A DNA stretch of 64,000 nt, from contig JAUCBJ010003493.1 of the NCBI GenBank assembly GCA_032718475.1, forward strand, positions 1-64,000, written 5' to 3'. This DNA comes from Nemertoderma westbladi. Its lineage: Eukaryota > Animalia > Xenacoelomorpha. The notes under the pieces are model-generated. The model saw nothing but the letters and a program-made list of their open reading frames with translations. It searched no databases and was not told where the DNA came from. Below are positions 23,621 to 35,223 of this stretch, piece after piece; the stretch's first letter is position 1; each line of letters opens with the position of its first letter. The position numbers were made by a program, and so were the translations under genes.

Positions 23621-24585
23621 GTGATGGAAATCCCAAATAAACTGGGATCAGTTGTAATACAAGATGGTAGTGCAAAAATGGTTGTTCTAAACGACTGTAA
23701 CAAGAGAATTCTTACCGAAGCTCCTACGTTTCTGGAAAACCTAGCAGTGATAGAAAGTTCAGATGAGATTATAATAGAAGGTACATCATATAAAATAAAG
23801 CGCAAAGCTGGGAACATATTGATCCTCAAACCGATAGACTGATAGATGTTTGTTCAACTTCACAATCAGTAGGCCTACGACCACGGGGCAGTGAAATTGA
23901 CACAAACAAACCAATAGCCGGAAATACCAGCAACACAGAATGGGAACAACTGGCAAAGGCAATGATGAAACGTTTGGTCGGCAGTATGGCCGGCACTGAT
24001 GATGGACCTCACGCCTTACCTGTGGAACAAAGCTCTGGATTGGAACTCTCAGAGACGCTCACCGCAGATCGCCCTTTGCCAAGACAAGTTATAGCAAATT
24101 TACGCTATAGGAGGCGATTCATTGAATTGCAAGATGTTGCTAGTTATGATGACGTACAGCGGAACAAGTCAGGAGGCAAGTCAGGAAATCGCATCGCGTC
24201 CTCAGGGGGTCTGTTATCAGCCTTACTGACACTCATTAGATACAGGAGTGGCCTATTTCCTGAAGATCGCGAAGCTATGCTCGTGTATTATGCTAACCTA
24301 CAAGACATGGCGCCACACTATAGCTTCGAATACCTAGCAAGGATAGACAGAGACCATCGACTGCGTGTTGAAGCGGGGACGGATTGGGACAAAGAAATCC
24401 GTATAAGGAAACCCAATCCGGAAGATTTAATACGCTCCTGCTACCGTTGTGAGTATTGGCACCTTGGCCCATGTTCTGCGACAAATTTGCAGAAAACGAA
24501 ACGCCCATTTAACATGTTTAACACACCTGGGCGGGGGTACCAGGCTGATGTGCACGATGGACGTCCTCATTGCACTTACAGATGG
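23621..24585 (+). pseudogene. 5' part of a gag-like ORF (DIRS/Ngaro ORF1-like), interrupted by the BEL insertion
   Basis: Pattern FPEDREAMLVYYANLQDMAPHYSFEYLARIDRDHRL..WD plus CYRCEYWHLGPC. Probable frameshift at ~23840. Continues in frame at 37513. Confidence 0.55.
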
Positions 24586-26801
24586 TGTTACGGTATATGG
24601 CGCTGTATCCACAGTATTAGTCCATTATGCAGTATGCAGTATTAGTCCATTATGCAGTACACAGTATTAGTCCATTATGCAGTATGCAGTATTAGTCCGT
24701 TATACTGTACGTAATATTAGTCCGTTGTGCAGTATAATTATTTAGATAAGGCGCAGTGTGGTGACATTTAGGTAAGGAAGTTAAAACGCCCATATATTTT
24801 GCATCCATTCATTTTGTATAGTATGTAGCCCTACCTACGTAATTTTGTATTAGGATATATGTAGATAGTTCCAGGGTAGCGAGTTTACTCGGACCCTGGA
24901 TTTTGTGCTTGCTGATATTAGTTTGATAGGGCTAGCATATAGGGACGCTGTCCTGGCCATTCAGCAGCCAGAGACGTGATCCATTACCATATATGGTAAT
25001 AATTTGAGGGCATAGGGCTACAATCCGGTCTCCTTATTGGATTAACTGCTTCCAGGTTGGTTTAATGCTAGCATGGACTGGAGAGCCAATGGGAGAGCGA
25101 TTGAGTCACCTTATTGCATCACCCCATCCGGATCACCTATAAATTGGCGGTGTGCCAGTAGGGCCTTTGTTGTTCATATATTTGTTCATATGTTCATGCC
25201 TTATCACATGACACACCCCTGTTACAATTTACTTGCTGAGCTGTCTCTAATTTTGTATTAGGATATCGTATTTTCTGCAATTTGCTAATTTTGATTAATT
25301 TCTTGGAATGATTTGCTAGTACGATTACTTTGCTTGTGTTTCTCAATAATTCCTTCGATTACTGCAAATTACAATCGAACTATGATTTCTACCTTTGATT
25401 GATGGTTCTATGTGATTCTTTTCTGCGCAATAATCCCAAGCGATTCCTGAGACTGTCAGACTTTGTGATTTGCATGCGCCGCTACGGTAGCTATTAGCAT
25501 CATGGAGGGCTAAGGTGCCAGTGGGCGGTGGGCGCATCGGGGGGTTGAGCGACTAGGAGAGAGCGGAGGATTCAAAGCGGGCAACGCTGGCCAGGGTCAC
25601 CGTTGCGGGCGGGTATCTTGCACTGCGGCACGCAGACCGATCGCCGGTACAGTATCTAGGGGGCTGATGATCCAGGTTTTGTCTCTATTTAGTATTAGGG
25701 GGGCAGGAATTGGGTTAGTTAGGAATCCTAGATGTACCCGGGAGAGGCCTGCGCGTATTACAACGTTGAGTGTGGAGTACGAGTAGTGAATTGCACAATT
25801 GTAAACTGTGATTTCTAACGCTGATTGGTGTGTTATTGAAGTGTGCCTAAGATTACGAATGCTTAGATAGGCGCTCCTTTTCCTTTGATTGATTTCTATT
25901 TCTTAGTTACAATAATTAGTTATTGATTAGGTCAAAGTAATACGGCAATTTAGGCTATTACTAGCGAAACCTGTTGCATGATAAATTAGAATTACGTATT
26001 CTGGAACTCTTAGTAATTAGTACGCTGTTAAATATTTGTGACTGTAATTAATTAGTAAAAAATTAAGAATTAGTACGCAGCATAGCGGAGAGTAGCTAAG
26101 GTAATAATTAGTGTACTGTAAACTATTCACGCTGAGCGGTTATTTGCATTAGCGGACAATCAGCTAGAACGCACTATTCGGTACGCACGATACGCTAGTA
26201 ATTTTGCTGGCCTAAAGCCAGTCGCGGGCAGTTTTAGACTCGGAGTGGTATTATCCACGTAGAAACAGATACTGTACCATTTTGATATTTTAAATATTCT
26301 CGCATTCACACATTACGTTAGGGAACCTCCAGTATTCGCGATTAGAAAGACGTAGGTAATAGCGTGCTTTAATAGTGATAATATTAGGCGTAAGAATACT
26401 CTGAGTGCAAGGCCTCTCGCACTCGTCTTAAGTAAGCTTAGGGAGCCGACTCGGGTTTATTGTTTTGGTTATTCCTGCGTGGCTCATAGATTCGAACAGT
26501 TAGCTCTCTATCGAGCAATCGGTAGAGAAAGGAACAAGCGATTTTGCAGGAGTTGTGTAAATTTAGTAAAATATATTAGTGGACGGCAGATTAGCGCCAT
26601 CCAACGGTAAGTAGCGGTTTTGTATTTAGCAACCCTTACAATTTAGTAATAGCACGCTCCTGATCCCCTTTACTTAACAGTAGAGCAGTCTTTGTGTCTT
26701 ATTGGTTAGACGAGAACTTATTAGGTTGGCAGAAGGATATTAACGGGTATTGGTCTGTTCAACAGTTCTGCTGTTAGTATAGAGGTCGCGGTTGTTTATC
26801 A
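24586..26801 (+). repeat. 5' LTR of BEL element 1 (~2.2 kb), with ~25-bp tandem repeats at 24611-24735
   Basis: Starts TGTTAC after the TSD. 26286-26801 matches 36992-37507, ending TTTATCA. Confidence 0.8.
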
Positions 26802-28091
26802 GTAATACGCGGTATTGGCTGTTGCTTGCAGCGGTCAATAGAGTATTCTTAGGCTGTTAGTTTAGACTACTGTTGCTTTAGATTACTGATACTTTGTATC
26901 AGTAATACGCGCATATTGCTTTGCTGTACTGCGTATAGTAAGGCAGATAGTGTATTCTTAGGCTGATAGTAGTATCACAGTATTAAGTAATAAGTTGGAG
27001 CACGTGATCGTCTGCTGTAGGCTATAGGCTAGCGTACAGTAAGACATTGAGTTTATTCTATTAGGTTGTTAGTTTAGATTACTGTATTCACTGGCTGCGT
27101 ACAATAGTACAGTAGTACATTAGGCTGATTGCTGTTACTGCGTACGGTAGAAGGACATTTGTTTGCCGTACCACACACAGTATCATTAGGCTGTTAGGTT
27201 GGTGTACTGTTTTACTTACTGTACTGCATACAGTGAATGTACGGTAGTGCGTTTTGCTAATTGCGAATACAGCAGTTCCTTAGGCCTTAGGGCAAACAGT
27301 AATTAGTAAGTTTTTTGAAAATTTTAGCTAGGTTTGCGAGAATTCAGTTTTCGGTCAAAATTATTTTGTAAAATTCTAGAGTTTTGTACCGGTATGTTAG
27401 GTAACCGCTTAGTTATTTTATACCATCTGGAGATACATGGCAAGACGGAACTTCTGAGTTTGGGGTTCGTGTGGGTCTGCGGGTTCGGTTTGCAATCAGC
27501 GAAGGGCCTGAATCTTTGGACGCGGACGTGGAATCTCACAGCAAACAAGGTTAGTTGTTCTGTTGGCACCACTGTGTTTGTGGAAGCAGTAAAAAATTAC
27601 CGGTTGTTTAACTGCGAAGCTGAACTCAATTTATTAGTTAGGATATTTAGGTTTAGCCGGCCATGGTTTTTTGAATCGCTCAAGTTAGAGAGAGAGTTAG
27701 AGAGAGTCGCAACCCGAAGATGTAGCCACGCGCTAGTGGATACATATAATATTTGAAATTAAAATTACGTTGATTAGAGCTATATATAAAATTAGAAATA
27801 TTTGGGTGGCAAATTTATTCTGAATATTTTGTATTAGATTCAGAAGTTATTTTGTGCTATACCGGTATTTAATACTATATAGTAGCTAAATAATAATATT
27901 TTGTTTAAATATTGTGCTAGTATTTGCTATAACTATATACCCCATTAAATTCACAATATTGCATTGCGAATTTATTTGACATTTGGACCAACTGATTATT
28001 TGACAAATAATTTGACCGTATTTCGGTTAAATTATAATTATATCTCGAACTTTTGCGAGATTTTTGCCGGAAGGCAAACATTATTTAGACT

Positions 28092-31000
28092 ATGAGTGTC
28101 TCAGACAAAGAGGCACTAGAGGACAGCTATGAGACGGCGGCTGGACCGCCGACTGACGATAGCGTAAATATTACTGTTGATGACAATGCCGACTATGACG
28201 ACGCAGCGAGTAACGCTGACGTAAGTGAACAGGAGGACGAGACAGTGACTAGTGAGGAAGAACAACAGCCTCAGGTAATAGTATTAGGATCCCCTACCGC
28301 TACTGTAAGGAAGGATTGTACAGCAACCCGGACAGAGGTGAGTGATAGGGAGGGTAGTGTAGCAGAAGCGAGAGCCCGGAGCCCGGTTTCCAGACCTGTG
28401 GGTATGGTAAGTGCCGTGGTCCCGACGGCTGTTAGGAGTACCCGTAGTTCCCGAAATAATCTTTCAAGTCCACCGAGCGTAAGTCAGGTGAGCGAGAGAG
28501 AACTTGATATCGCGATAAAGAAGAAACTTCGCGCGCATGCCGGACATATAACTCGGACGGCGGACAAGGTAAGGAAGATGTTAGCTGATTCAGCGAACAT
28601 CGGGAGGGTAGAGTTAGCAGAGATTAGAAGAGGATATAACTCAGCGTTATTCAAGCAGACAGAGGAGCTTGCAGTCCTAGCGAAGAAGGCAGTAGAGTCT
28701 CAGTCGAGCGACGTGGCGACGAGGATTTACGACAGGGTTTTAGCAGCCTTGTTGGAGCACCGCGAGTTATCGGAGCGATTCCGACGAGTTAGGACGGAGA
28801 ACTGGCTGCTATGGGCATCACAAGCGCAGGCGACTCAGGTGAGTGACGCAGAGTTGAGAGACTTAGTGGAGCGAGAAGAGACGCAGGATAAAGAGGAGCG
28901 CCGGTATCAGAGGGAAGTTACTAGCTGGCTGATGCAGAATGGAGTGGTGGTACCAGGTCAGGTGCTACCGACGACGGAGAACATCCAACAGAGGACGTTG
29001 ACTCCACCCGACGACGCATCTAGAGACAGCGGCGATTCCCAGGTTAGTCACGCGCGAGGTAAGGTAATATGTGCTAGATCCCTTGTTTCTCACAACTCGG
29101 CGGAGGAGAGAAGACGCCGACTAGACGAACAGCAGGCGGAAGTTTTGCGTGCACAGGAAGCACGGAAGGAAGCCGAGCGGGAACGGGAGCGCACACGTAA
29201 GTTGGACGCAGAGTTACGAGAGTTGGAAGAGATAAGTAAGCACGAGCGAGCGGAATGCGAGCAAAGGGAACGCGAACTCCAAGCCGAGCGCGAGCGCGAG
29301 GAACTCGAACGCGAACAGAGAGAACGCGAACTCCAACTTGAATGCGAACGGGAAGCGAAGAAACGCGAACTCCAACTCGAACGCGAACAGGAAGCGAAGA
29401 AACGCGAACTCCAAGCCGAACGCGAGCGCAAGAAACTCGTTCGTGAACAGAAGGAGCGCGAGCTTCAACTCGAACGCGGACACAAGGAACGCGAACTCGA
29501 GATCGAGAAGAGAAGACGCGCATTGTATGAAGAAAGGTCGCGAGTGGAAGAAGAGGGCGCAGCGAGACGAGCGAGGGAAGAAGAAGAGCGTAAACTGGCG
29601 CAGTTGGAAAGTGCGAGATTAAGTTTAGAGAGCGAAGAACGGACTAGGAAGGCGAACGAAATCGCCGAGAAGGGGATGCGAATGCTCGAAGAATGTGGGG
29701 CGAGTGTGGGGACAGAGTTGCGAGAACTGTTCGCACTGCAGAAGGCCGAACAGGAAGCGAGAACTCCGACTATACGCGAGTCAACAACGACCAGAATTCC
29801 TATACCCGGTCCAGCTATTACGAGTACACGGATCGTTAAACCGTTCTCTACATATCGCACGCCAGTTGGTATTAGTGCTTCACCTATCGCCCAGGATCTA
29901 CGTCATCGGAACGCCGCACCACTGTATACCGAACGTGACAACGGAGAATTTAGAGAAGAAACTCCGACGGGCCGAGTATTTGGCGAACCGAACCCGCGGG
30001 TTTGGAATACGCGGACGGAGCGCCGACCCAGTTCGACGGAGAACTTCCGGGTTAAACCGGAAGAGGGATCATATGAGAGACAGCGGATTACTCAGATAGA
30101 GCCGACTATACAACAGAACCCTAGCCAGGAATTTATTACGAGGGATGAGTTAAGTGCTAGTTTAGCGCAAGCTATATCGCCGCACATCCAACCTATAACG
30201 GACATGCTTAGCAACCTACGGTTAAAGGAAGCAGCCCAGGTAAGAAGTAATTCTAATCCTAGCAGGCCTGAGTTAGATAAAGTCCAGCCTAGTCAACGAG
30301 TACGCATATCGGAGGAGACTATACCACATAGACCTCAGGTAAGGACGCCTGTCCCGAATATCCATAATCCCAATTTCGAAAATTCGGCAGAAAGATTTAT
30401 TCAGGATGCTTGGGTCAGGGCCTCGGCGCGCAAACCATCGCGAGCGCTAAGGACTGACACCGAGTCAAGCGATGAAGAGGAAGAAATGAGACGTCAGAAG
30501 TCCCGAAACTATAAGGAAAGAAGGACGGACGCGGAGCAGGTAAGTTGGAACCACCGGGAAAGGACCAGACTTAACAACCCTGCGGAACTAAACCATTTGT
30601 TAACCCGGAACGACGCAACCCTTAGGGACATAGGTAAGTTTGCTGCTAGGCAAGGACTGCCGACGCAACAACCCCAGAAGTTTATGGGCAACCATAAGCA
30701 CTGGAGGACCTTTAAAACCTATGTCGACGAGCAGCTAACCAACAGCACCTTTACTCCCAACGAGAAGTTCAACTATTTGCTTCAGATGCTCCATCGAGAA
30801 CCTAGAGCCATTGCTGATAACTTCGTCGACAACGAAAGAGCATTCGAGTTAGCGATGAAGACGCTTAGTGACATCTACGGGAATAAAACCAAGATGGCGC
30901 AGTCGATAGTGGAAGACTTGGGTAAGGGCGGAAGGATTACAACTCCGTTAGAGCTGTTGAACTTAGCGAACGCTATTTCGAACGCATTGGACATCTTGAG

Positions 31001-33233
31001 GACGGTGAATCTACCTCATCATGGTGATCACGCCGAAGTTTTGAAAAGCGTAATAAGACGTTTAAACATGCGTTACCGACAGAAATGGCGCAAATTAGAG
31101 AATAAGTTGGAGGGCCAAGGTAAGGTGTTGACACTTCAGCATATTCATGACATGATAGCCACAGACGCAGTAGCAGAGATGAAATCAAACTTCTCAGAAG
31201 AGAATATGAGGGAGTCTAAACCTGTTACCGGTAAGTCTATGGTAAGTTTTGACGATGACAGGACCACTGTGACATTTAACTCAGTAGACAGATATAATTC
31301 GAGTACCCCAGCCTTTAGATCAGACTCGCGAGTATGGTCAGGTGAGCGGTTAGATAGACCTAGGTTAAAGCAACAGGAGTTGCCGGATGGATTTGTAGGT
31401 TGCCAATACTGTTTACTAAAGGAGGTAAGATCTGACGACCATAAGTTAGATAGTTGCAGACGGTTCAAAGAATTAAATTCGGAACAGAGAAGAGTTCAAG
31501 TGCAGACGTTGGACACCTGTTGGGCATGTCTTGCGCCAGGTCATGTACGGCGGCAGTGCCCGAACAGCAAGGACGGATGCATGGAATGCGGCAGACTACA
31601 TCACAAGTTGCTACATGCGGATTTCCACACCCCAACGGACCGTTACTTACAGCGAAATCCTCAAAGGAAGGGGAGCAAAGAACCCGTATCGATAAGGAGG
31701 AATACGTACACTGGCATCCAGGACGATGGTTACCAACCAGGTTCGTCGGACGAGGATGGCGAGTCGAGCGCGAGAGAAGTGACCTGCCAAGGTTTCACCG
31801 CGGATAGTTCATCGACCAGCGCGCGGACGTATTTATCATCGGCCACGTCGGAAATATTTAGCGTGATTCCGGTGAAACTCACTGGCGATAAGGGATCGAA
31901 GCAAATATATGTGATGTTGGACACTGCGTCCACATTATCGTATATCGACGAGGAAGTGGCGAGAGCTGTTTCTAGCTTCCAGGACGCCGAGGAAATCCAA
32001 ATAGAGTTGAAGTCTATGCACGGGGTAGGAGACCTCAAGGGACACAGAATTTCGGTAGAACTAGATTCCCTACTTCCGAGAGACCAGCATACTCGACAAG
32101 AACGGAAAGCTTTGCCATTGGACGGATTTAAGTGTCTAGCTATGAAGGGATTCGGCAGGCAGTTAGGTAAGGTGCCGCCGATGAGTCCCATAGCACAGGA
32201 GTATTTTGACAAGCTCAGGATACCCAGACACCAGGTAGGTTATAGGAATGTTTCTATGTTAATTGGTGCAGAACAGCTGATCGCACACCAAATATGGGAA
32301 ACGAGACCAGCTGAGCCGCATGTCAATGGACCACATGCCCATAGGACTATACTAGGTTGGTATACACGAGTACCTATGTCTTATGAGTTTACAGGTGGCG
32401 ACAAGCCAATGAATAGATACGACGAATTACAGCCTATAACTCAACCACCGTTAGTAGAACCACCAGACATAGACGAGTTTAGGAGAACCTGTATTGACCA
32501 CTATAGTGACTTTAGCGAGTCAGACGAGGAGTTGATTCCTGATAATGTTAGGTTGTCGGAACCACTTCATAATGACCGGACAGATAGTGAACCCGAGGAC
32601 TACTGTTATCAGACCCGTGGGTCTGGTTCAGCGGCCCACGCTACTTATCTGACTAACGTTTTGACTTATACTGACATAGTGGAGGGTCAGGTGGCTAAAT
32701 ATCGAGACCTAGACATTTTCCAATACAGTGAGGAGGAATTACAGAAGGAATTGATACGCCAGGACCTCGAGACAGGAGCCAGAACCGTCGAATGGCTGGA
32801 TAGGGACGCAATGGAACCCGGTGGATATGACCTAGCCATGTCTACTGATGAGAAACGGTCGTTGGAGATGATGGAAGATACCATACGTCTACTACCGACT
32901 GGACATTTTGAAGTTGGAATGTTGTGGCGTCGACAACCACCTAAGTTGGAGAACAACTACAACTTAGCCTTGAAAAGATTAAACGGAGTAAGGGCTCGGT
33001 TGTTGAAGAATCCAGGCATTAGGGAGAAGTATTGCGCCCAGATCAACAACTATTTCGCTAAGGGATTTGCTGGGAAGGTAGAGGACCCTGACTTAGATCG
33101 TCGACTTTTTGACGAAGGAACAATGGAGACATTGTCCGGGAGTGTTGAACCCGGCCGACATAACTTCGAGAGGTGCAATGCCGGCGGAATTCTGTCAGGA
33201 AGAGTCGCAGGAGTTTTGGTTGCATGGACCTGA
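28092..33233 (+). CDS. gag: BEL/Pao Gag-protease polyprotein (1713 aa), truncated just before RT
   Basis: E/R-rich coiled coil; KFMGNHKHWRTF..EKFNYLLQML..YGN (DUF1759-like); CQYC..H..C, CWAC..H..C and CMEC..HHKLLH knuckles; protease LDTASTLSYI; pre-RT segment FEVGMLWR..NNYNLALKRL. Confidence 0.92.
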   Translation: MSVSDKEALEDSYETAAGPPTDDSVNITVDDNADYDDAASNADVSEQEDETVTSEEEQQPQVIVLGSPTATVRKDCTATRTEVSDREGSVAEARARSPVSRPVGMVSAVVPTAVRSTRSSRNNLSSPPSVSQVSERELDIAIKKKLRAHAGHITRTADKVRKMLADSANIGRVELAEIRRGYNSALFKQTEELAVLAKKAVESQSSDVATRIYDRVLAALLEHRELSERFRRVRTENWLLWASQAQATQVSDAELRDLVEREETQDKEERRYQREVTSWLMQNGVVVPGQVLPTTENIQQRTLTPPDDASRDSGDSQVSHARGKVICARSLVSHNSAEERRRRLDEQQAEVLRAQEARKEAERERERTRKLDAELRELEEISKHERAECEQRERELQAEREREELEREQRERELQLECEREAKKRELQLEREQEAKKRELQAERERKKLVREQKERELQLERGHKERELEIEKRRRALYEERSRVEEEGAARRAREEEERKLAQLESARLSLESEERTRKANEIAEKGMRMLEECGASVGTELRELFALQKAEQEARTPTIRESTTTRIPIPGPAITSTRIVKPFSTYRTPVGISASPIAQDLRHRNAAPLYTERDNGEFREETPTGRVFGEPNPRVWNTRTERRPSSTENFRVKPEEGSYERQRITQIEPTIQQNPSQEFITRDELSASLAQAISPHIQPITDMLSNLRLKEAAQVRSNSNPSRPELDKVQPSQRVRISEETIPHRPQVRTPVPNIHNPNFENSAERFIQDAWVRASARKPSRALRTDTESSDEEEEMRRQKSRNYKERRTDAEQVSWNHRERTRLNNPAELNHLLTRNDATLRDIGKFAARQGLPTQQPQKFMGNHKHWRTFKTYVDEQLTNSTFTPNEKFNYLLQMLHREPRAIADNFVDNERAFELAMKTLSDIYGNKTKMAQSIVEDLGKGGRITTPLELLNLANAISNALDILRTVNLPHHGDHAEVLKSVIRRLNMRYRQKWRKLENKLEGQGKVLTLQHIHDMIATDAVAEMKSNFSEENMRESKPVTGKSMVSFDDDRTTVTFNSVDRYNSSTPAFRSDSRVWSGERLDRPRLKQQELPDGFVGCQYCLLKEVRSDDHKLDSCRRFKELNSEQRRVQVQTLDTCWACLAPGHVRRQCPNSKDGCMECGRLHHKLLHADFHTPTDRYLQRNPQRKGSKEPVSIRRNTYTGIQDDGYQPGSSDEDGESSAREVTCQGFTADSSSTSARTYLSSATSEIFSVIPVKLTGDKGSKQIYVMLDTASTLSYIDEEVARAVSSFQDAEEIQIELKSMHGVGDLKGHRISVELDSLLPRDQHTRQERKALPLDGFKCLAMKGFGRQLGKVPPMSPIAQEYFDKLRIPRHQVGYRNVSMLIGAEQLIAHQIWETRPAEPHVNGPHAHRTILGWYTRVPMSYEFTGGDKPMNRYDELQPITQPPLVEPPDIDEFRRTCIDHYSDFSESDEELIPDNVRLSEPLHNDRTDSEPEDYCYQTRGSGSAAHATYLTNVLTYTDIVEGQVAKYRDLDIFQYSEEELQKELIRQDLETGARTVEWLDRDAMEPGGYDLAMSTDEKRSLEMMEDTIRLLPTGHFEVGMLWRRQPPKLENNYNLALKRLNGVRARLLKNPGIREKYCAQINNYFAKGFAGKVEDPDLDRRLFDEGTMETLSGSVEPGRHNFERCNAGGILSGRVAGVLVAWT

Positions 33234-35223
33234 TTTTCTAACGAGGACACAGGAACATTGGCCAGAGCGACTAAAGATAGTGACCAATCCGATGCCTGAA
33301 GATGCAGAAGTCAAGGTGGAGAAAGTCTCTAAGTCGAAGTCTAAAGCCAAACTTAAGTCATTGGAGCGGCCTGAAGAGTCATTGGAGCGGCCTGAAGAGT
33401 TATTGGAGCGGCCCGGAGACCTGTCAGACCAACAGACTTACGTGACTACTAGGTCAGGAAGGGTAAGTTACGACGTAAAACCACCCTTACAGACTAGACG
33501 ACAGTCACAATTGGTAAGTGACGGACAGAAAATGACCGAAACAATGGAGCCTTTGGTTTCCAAACCTGCGGGTTTGGATTCAAAACTTCCATTAGTTAGC
33601 GGACAACCGTCGCTGGCATTAGAGTCACGCAGTGTTTATGACAAATTACTAAATTCGTCTGCCTCTTGGCTGACAATTTGTAAAAGAACTGCGTGGTTAA
33701 GCCGATACATTTCGTACCTTTGTATAAAACATTCGAAACATTTGAGAGAACCATTGAGCACCAATAGTGAGCGAATTCGGAAATTGAAACAACCTCTGAC
33801 AGAGGATGAGATTGATCAAGCGGAATTAAAGCATTTGAAACATTATCAAGTGTGTGCCTTCCCAAAAGAATTCCATCTATTATCGGCTCAACGACCAGTT
33901 CTCTATAAACCCCTTAGAAAATGGAGTCCGTTAATCCATAAGGGTTTGATTTGTCATAGATCGAGAATCCAGACTGTCGACATAAACTCACAGTTTCGGT
34001 TCCCAGTGATAATCCCTAGTTACCCAATAGAATTGCAAAGAGCGATTCTATGGGATATACATAAGAGGTTGCATCACGCGGGAAGGTTACACTGTCTGTC
34101 GGCAGCGAGACAGCGATTCATTCTATTGCAGCCAAGCAGGGCAGTAGGCACTATGTACGACGCCTGTCTGGTTTGCAAGAGGGTGAACGCCAGAGTATTG
34201 GAACAGGAGATGGCTGAACTCCCGGAAGCGAGAGTACAGGCATATGACCCACCCTTTACGAATACAGGGGTGGACTGTTTTGGTCCGATTGAAGCAAAGA
34301 GTGGACGGCTGACCCACAAGCGATGGGGTCTGCTACTGACATGTATGGCGAGTAGAGCCATACATATCGAGCGTGTGGCAGACATGTCGACCAAATCTCT
34401 GCTCCTGGCCTTGAAGAGATTTATGGCCAGGAGAGGACTAGTAAAGGCGTTCTACTCTGATAAGGGTACAAACTTTGTTGGAGGGAATAGCGAGTTGAAC
34501 GCGACTCATAAAGCAGCACAGAATAAGGAAATTTCTGCAGCACTTTTGCCGCAAAGAGTTGAGTGGAGATTCAATACTCCAGAAAGTCCTTGGAGAGGAG
34601 GAAGTTGGGAGCGTTTGGTTCGCTCTGTAAAGCAGGCCATTGCTAAAACATTGCCTGTGAACAAACAACTTACCGACGACGAACTGGTCACAGCTTTTAT
34701 TGAAATCGAGCATACCCTAAACTCGAGGCCGATAGCTATGTTGCCAGATGGTGTTGCATTAACGCCGAATCATTTGCTAATGCAGAGTCCAGCATTTCTT
34801 GTGCCGGCATCAGAACCCATTAGTGCCGACCTATATAGTCGTAAGAGCTGGAAAGTAACACAGTTTGTGGCGTACACATTCGGGGAATATTGGCGGGAAT
34901 ACTATCTTCCCACCATATCCACCAGAACAAAGTGGTACAAAACGGTTCGGAGTCTCCAAAGGGGAGATTACGTGTTGATAACCGAACCCATTGTCAAGAG
35001 AAAGTATTGGGAGACGGGAGTGATCTTGCACACACACCCAGACGTGCAAAACATAGTGCGCACAGTCACTGTGAAAATTAGGTGCAAGTGTCCGCACCCA
35101 AAAAAGTGTAAAACTAATGGTTTACACACCTTGGACCGACCGGTCCAAGATATTGTGTTATTAGAGGAGACACGTATCGAGACGGGAGATTATAATTTGT
35201 CTCCTGCCTCAAAACTGAATTAG
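33097..35223 (+). CDS. pol: RNase H C-terminal remnant plus intact BEL integrase
   Basis: QWRHCPGVLNPADITSRG..WLHGPDFL; HKRLHH..CLVC zinc finger; DDE motifs GVDCFGP, SDKGTNF, GGSWERLV; C-terminal DUF5641-like region. Confidence 0.93.
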   Translation: MVDFLTKEQWRHCPGVLNPADITSRGAMPAEFCQEESQEFWLHGPDFLTRTQEHWPERLKIVTNPMPEDAEVKVEKVSKSKSKAKLKSLERPEESLERPEELLERPGDLSDQQTYVTTRSGRVSYDVKPPLQTRRQSQLVSDGQKMTETMEPLVSKPAGLDSKLPLVSGQPSLALESRSVYDKLLNSSASWLTICKRTAWLSRYISYLCIKHSKHLREPLSTNSERIRKLKQPLTEDEIDQAELKHLKHYQVCAFPKEFHLLSAQRPVLYKPLRKWSPLIHKGLICHRSRIQTVDINSQFRFPVIIPSYPIELQRAILWDIHKRLHHAGRLHCLSAARQRFILLQPSRAVGTMYDACLVCKRVNARVLEQEMAELPEARVQAYDPPFTNTGVDCFGPIEAKSGRLTHKRWGLLLTCMASRAIHIERVADMSTKSLLLALKRFMARRGLVKAFYSDKGTNFVGGNSELNATHKAAQNKEISAALLPQRVEWRFNTPESPWRGGSWERLVRSVKQAIAKTLPVNKQLTDDELVTAFIEIEHTLNSRPIAMLPDGVALTPNHLLMQSPAFLVPASEPISADLYSRKSWKVTQFVAYTFGEYWREYYLPTISTRTKWYKTVRSLQRGDYVLITEPIVKRKYWETGVILHTHPDVQNIVRTVTVKIRCKCPHPKKCKTNGLHTLDRPVQDIVLLEETRIETGDYNLSPASKLN

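Noticed and set aside
24611-24735. Regular short repeats resembling CRISPR or iterons
   Set aside because: A ~25-bp minisatellite inside an LTR, with no spacers.
27334-27756. 140-aa ORF upstream of gag
   Set aside because: Non-ATG start, no motifs, lies in the BEL 5' UTR; likely chance.
29074-29860. Several antisense and alternative-frame ORFs
   Set aside because: Shadows of the repetitive E/R-coding gag segment.
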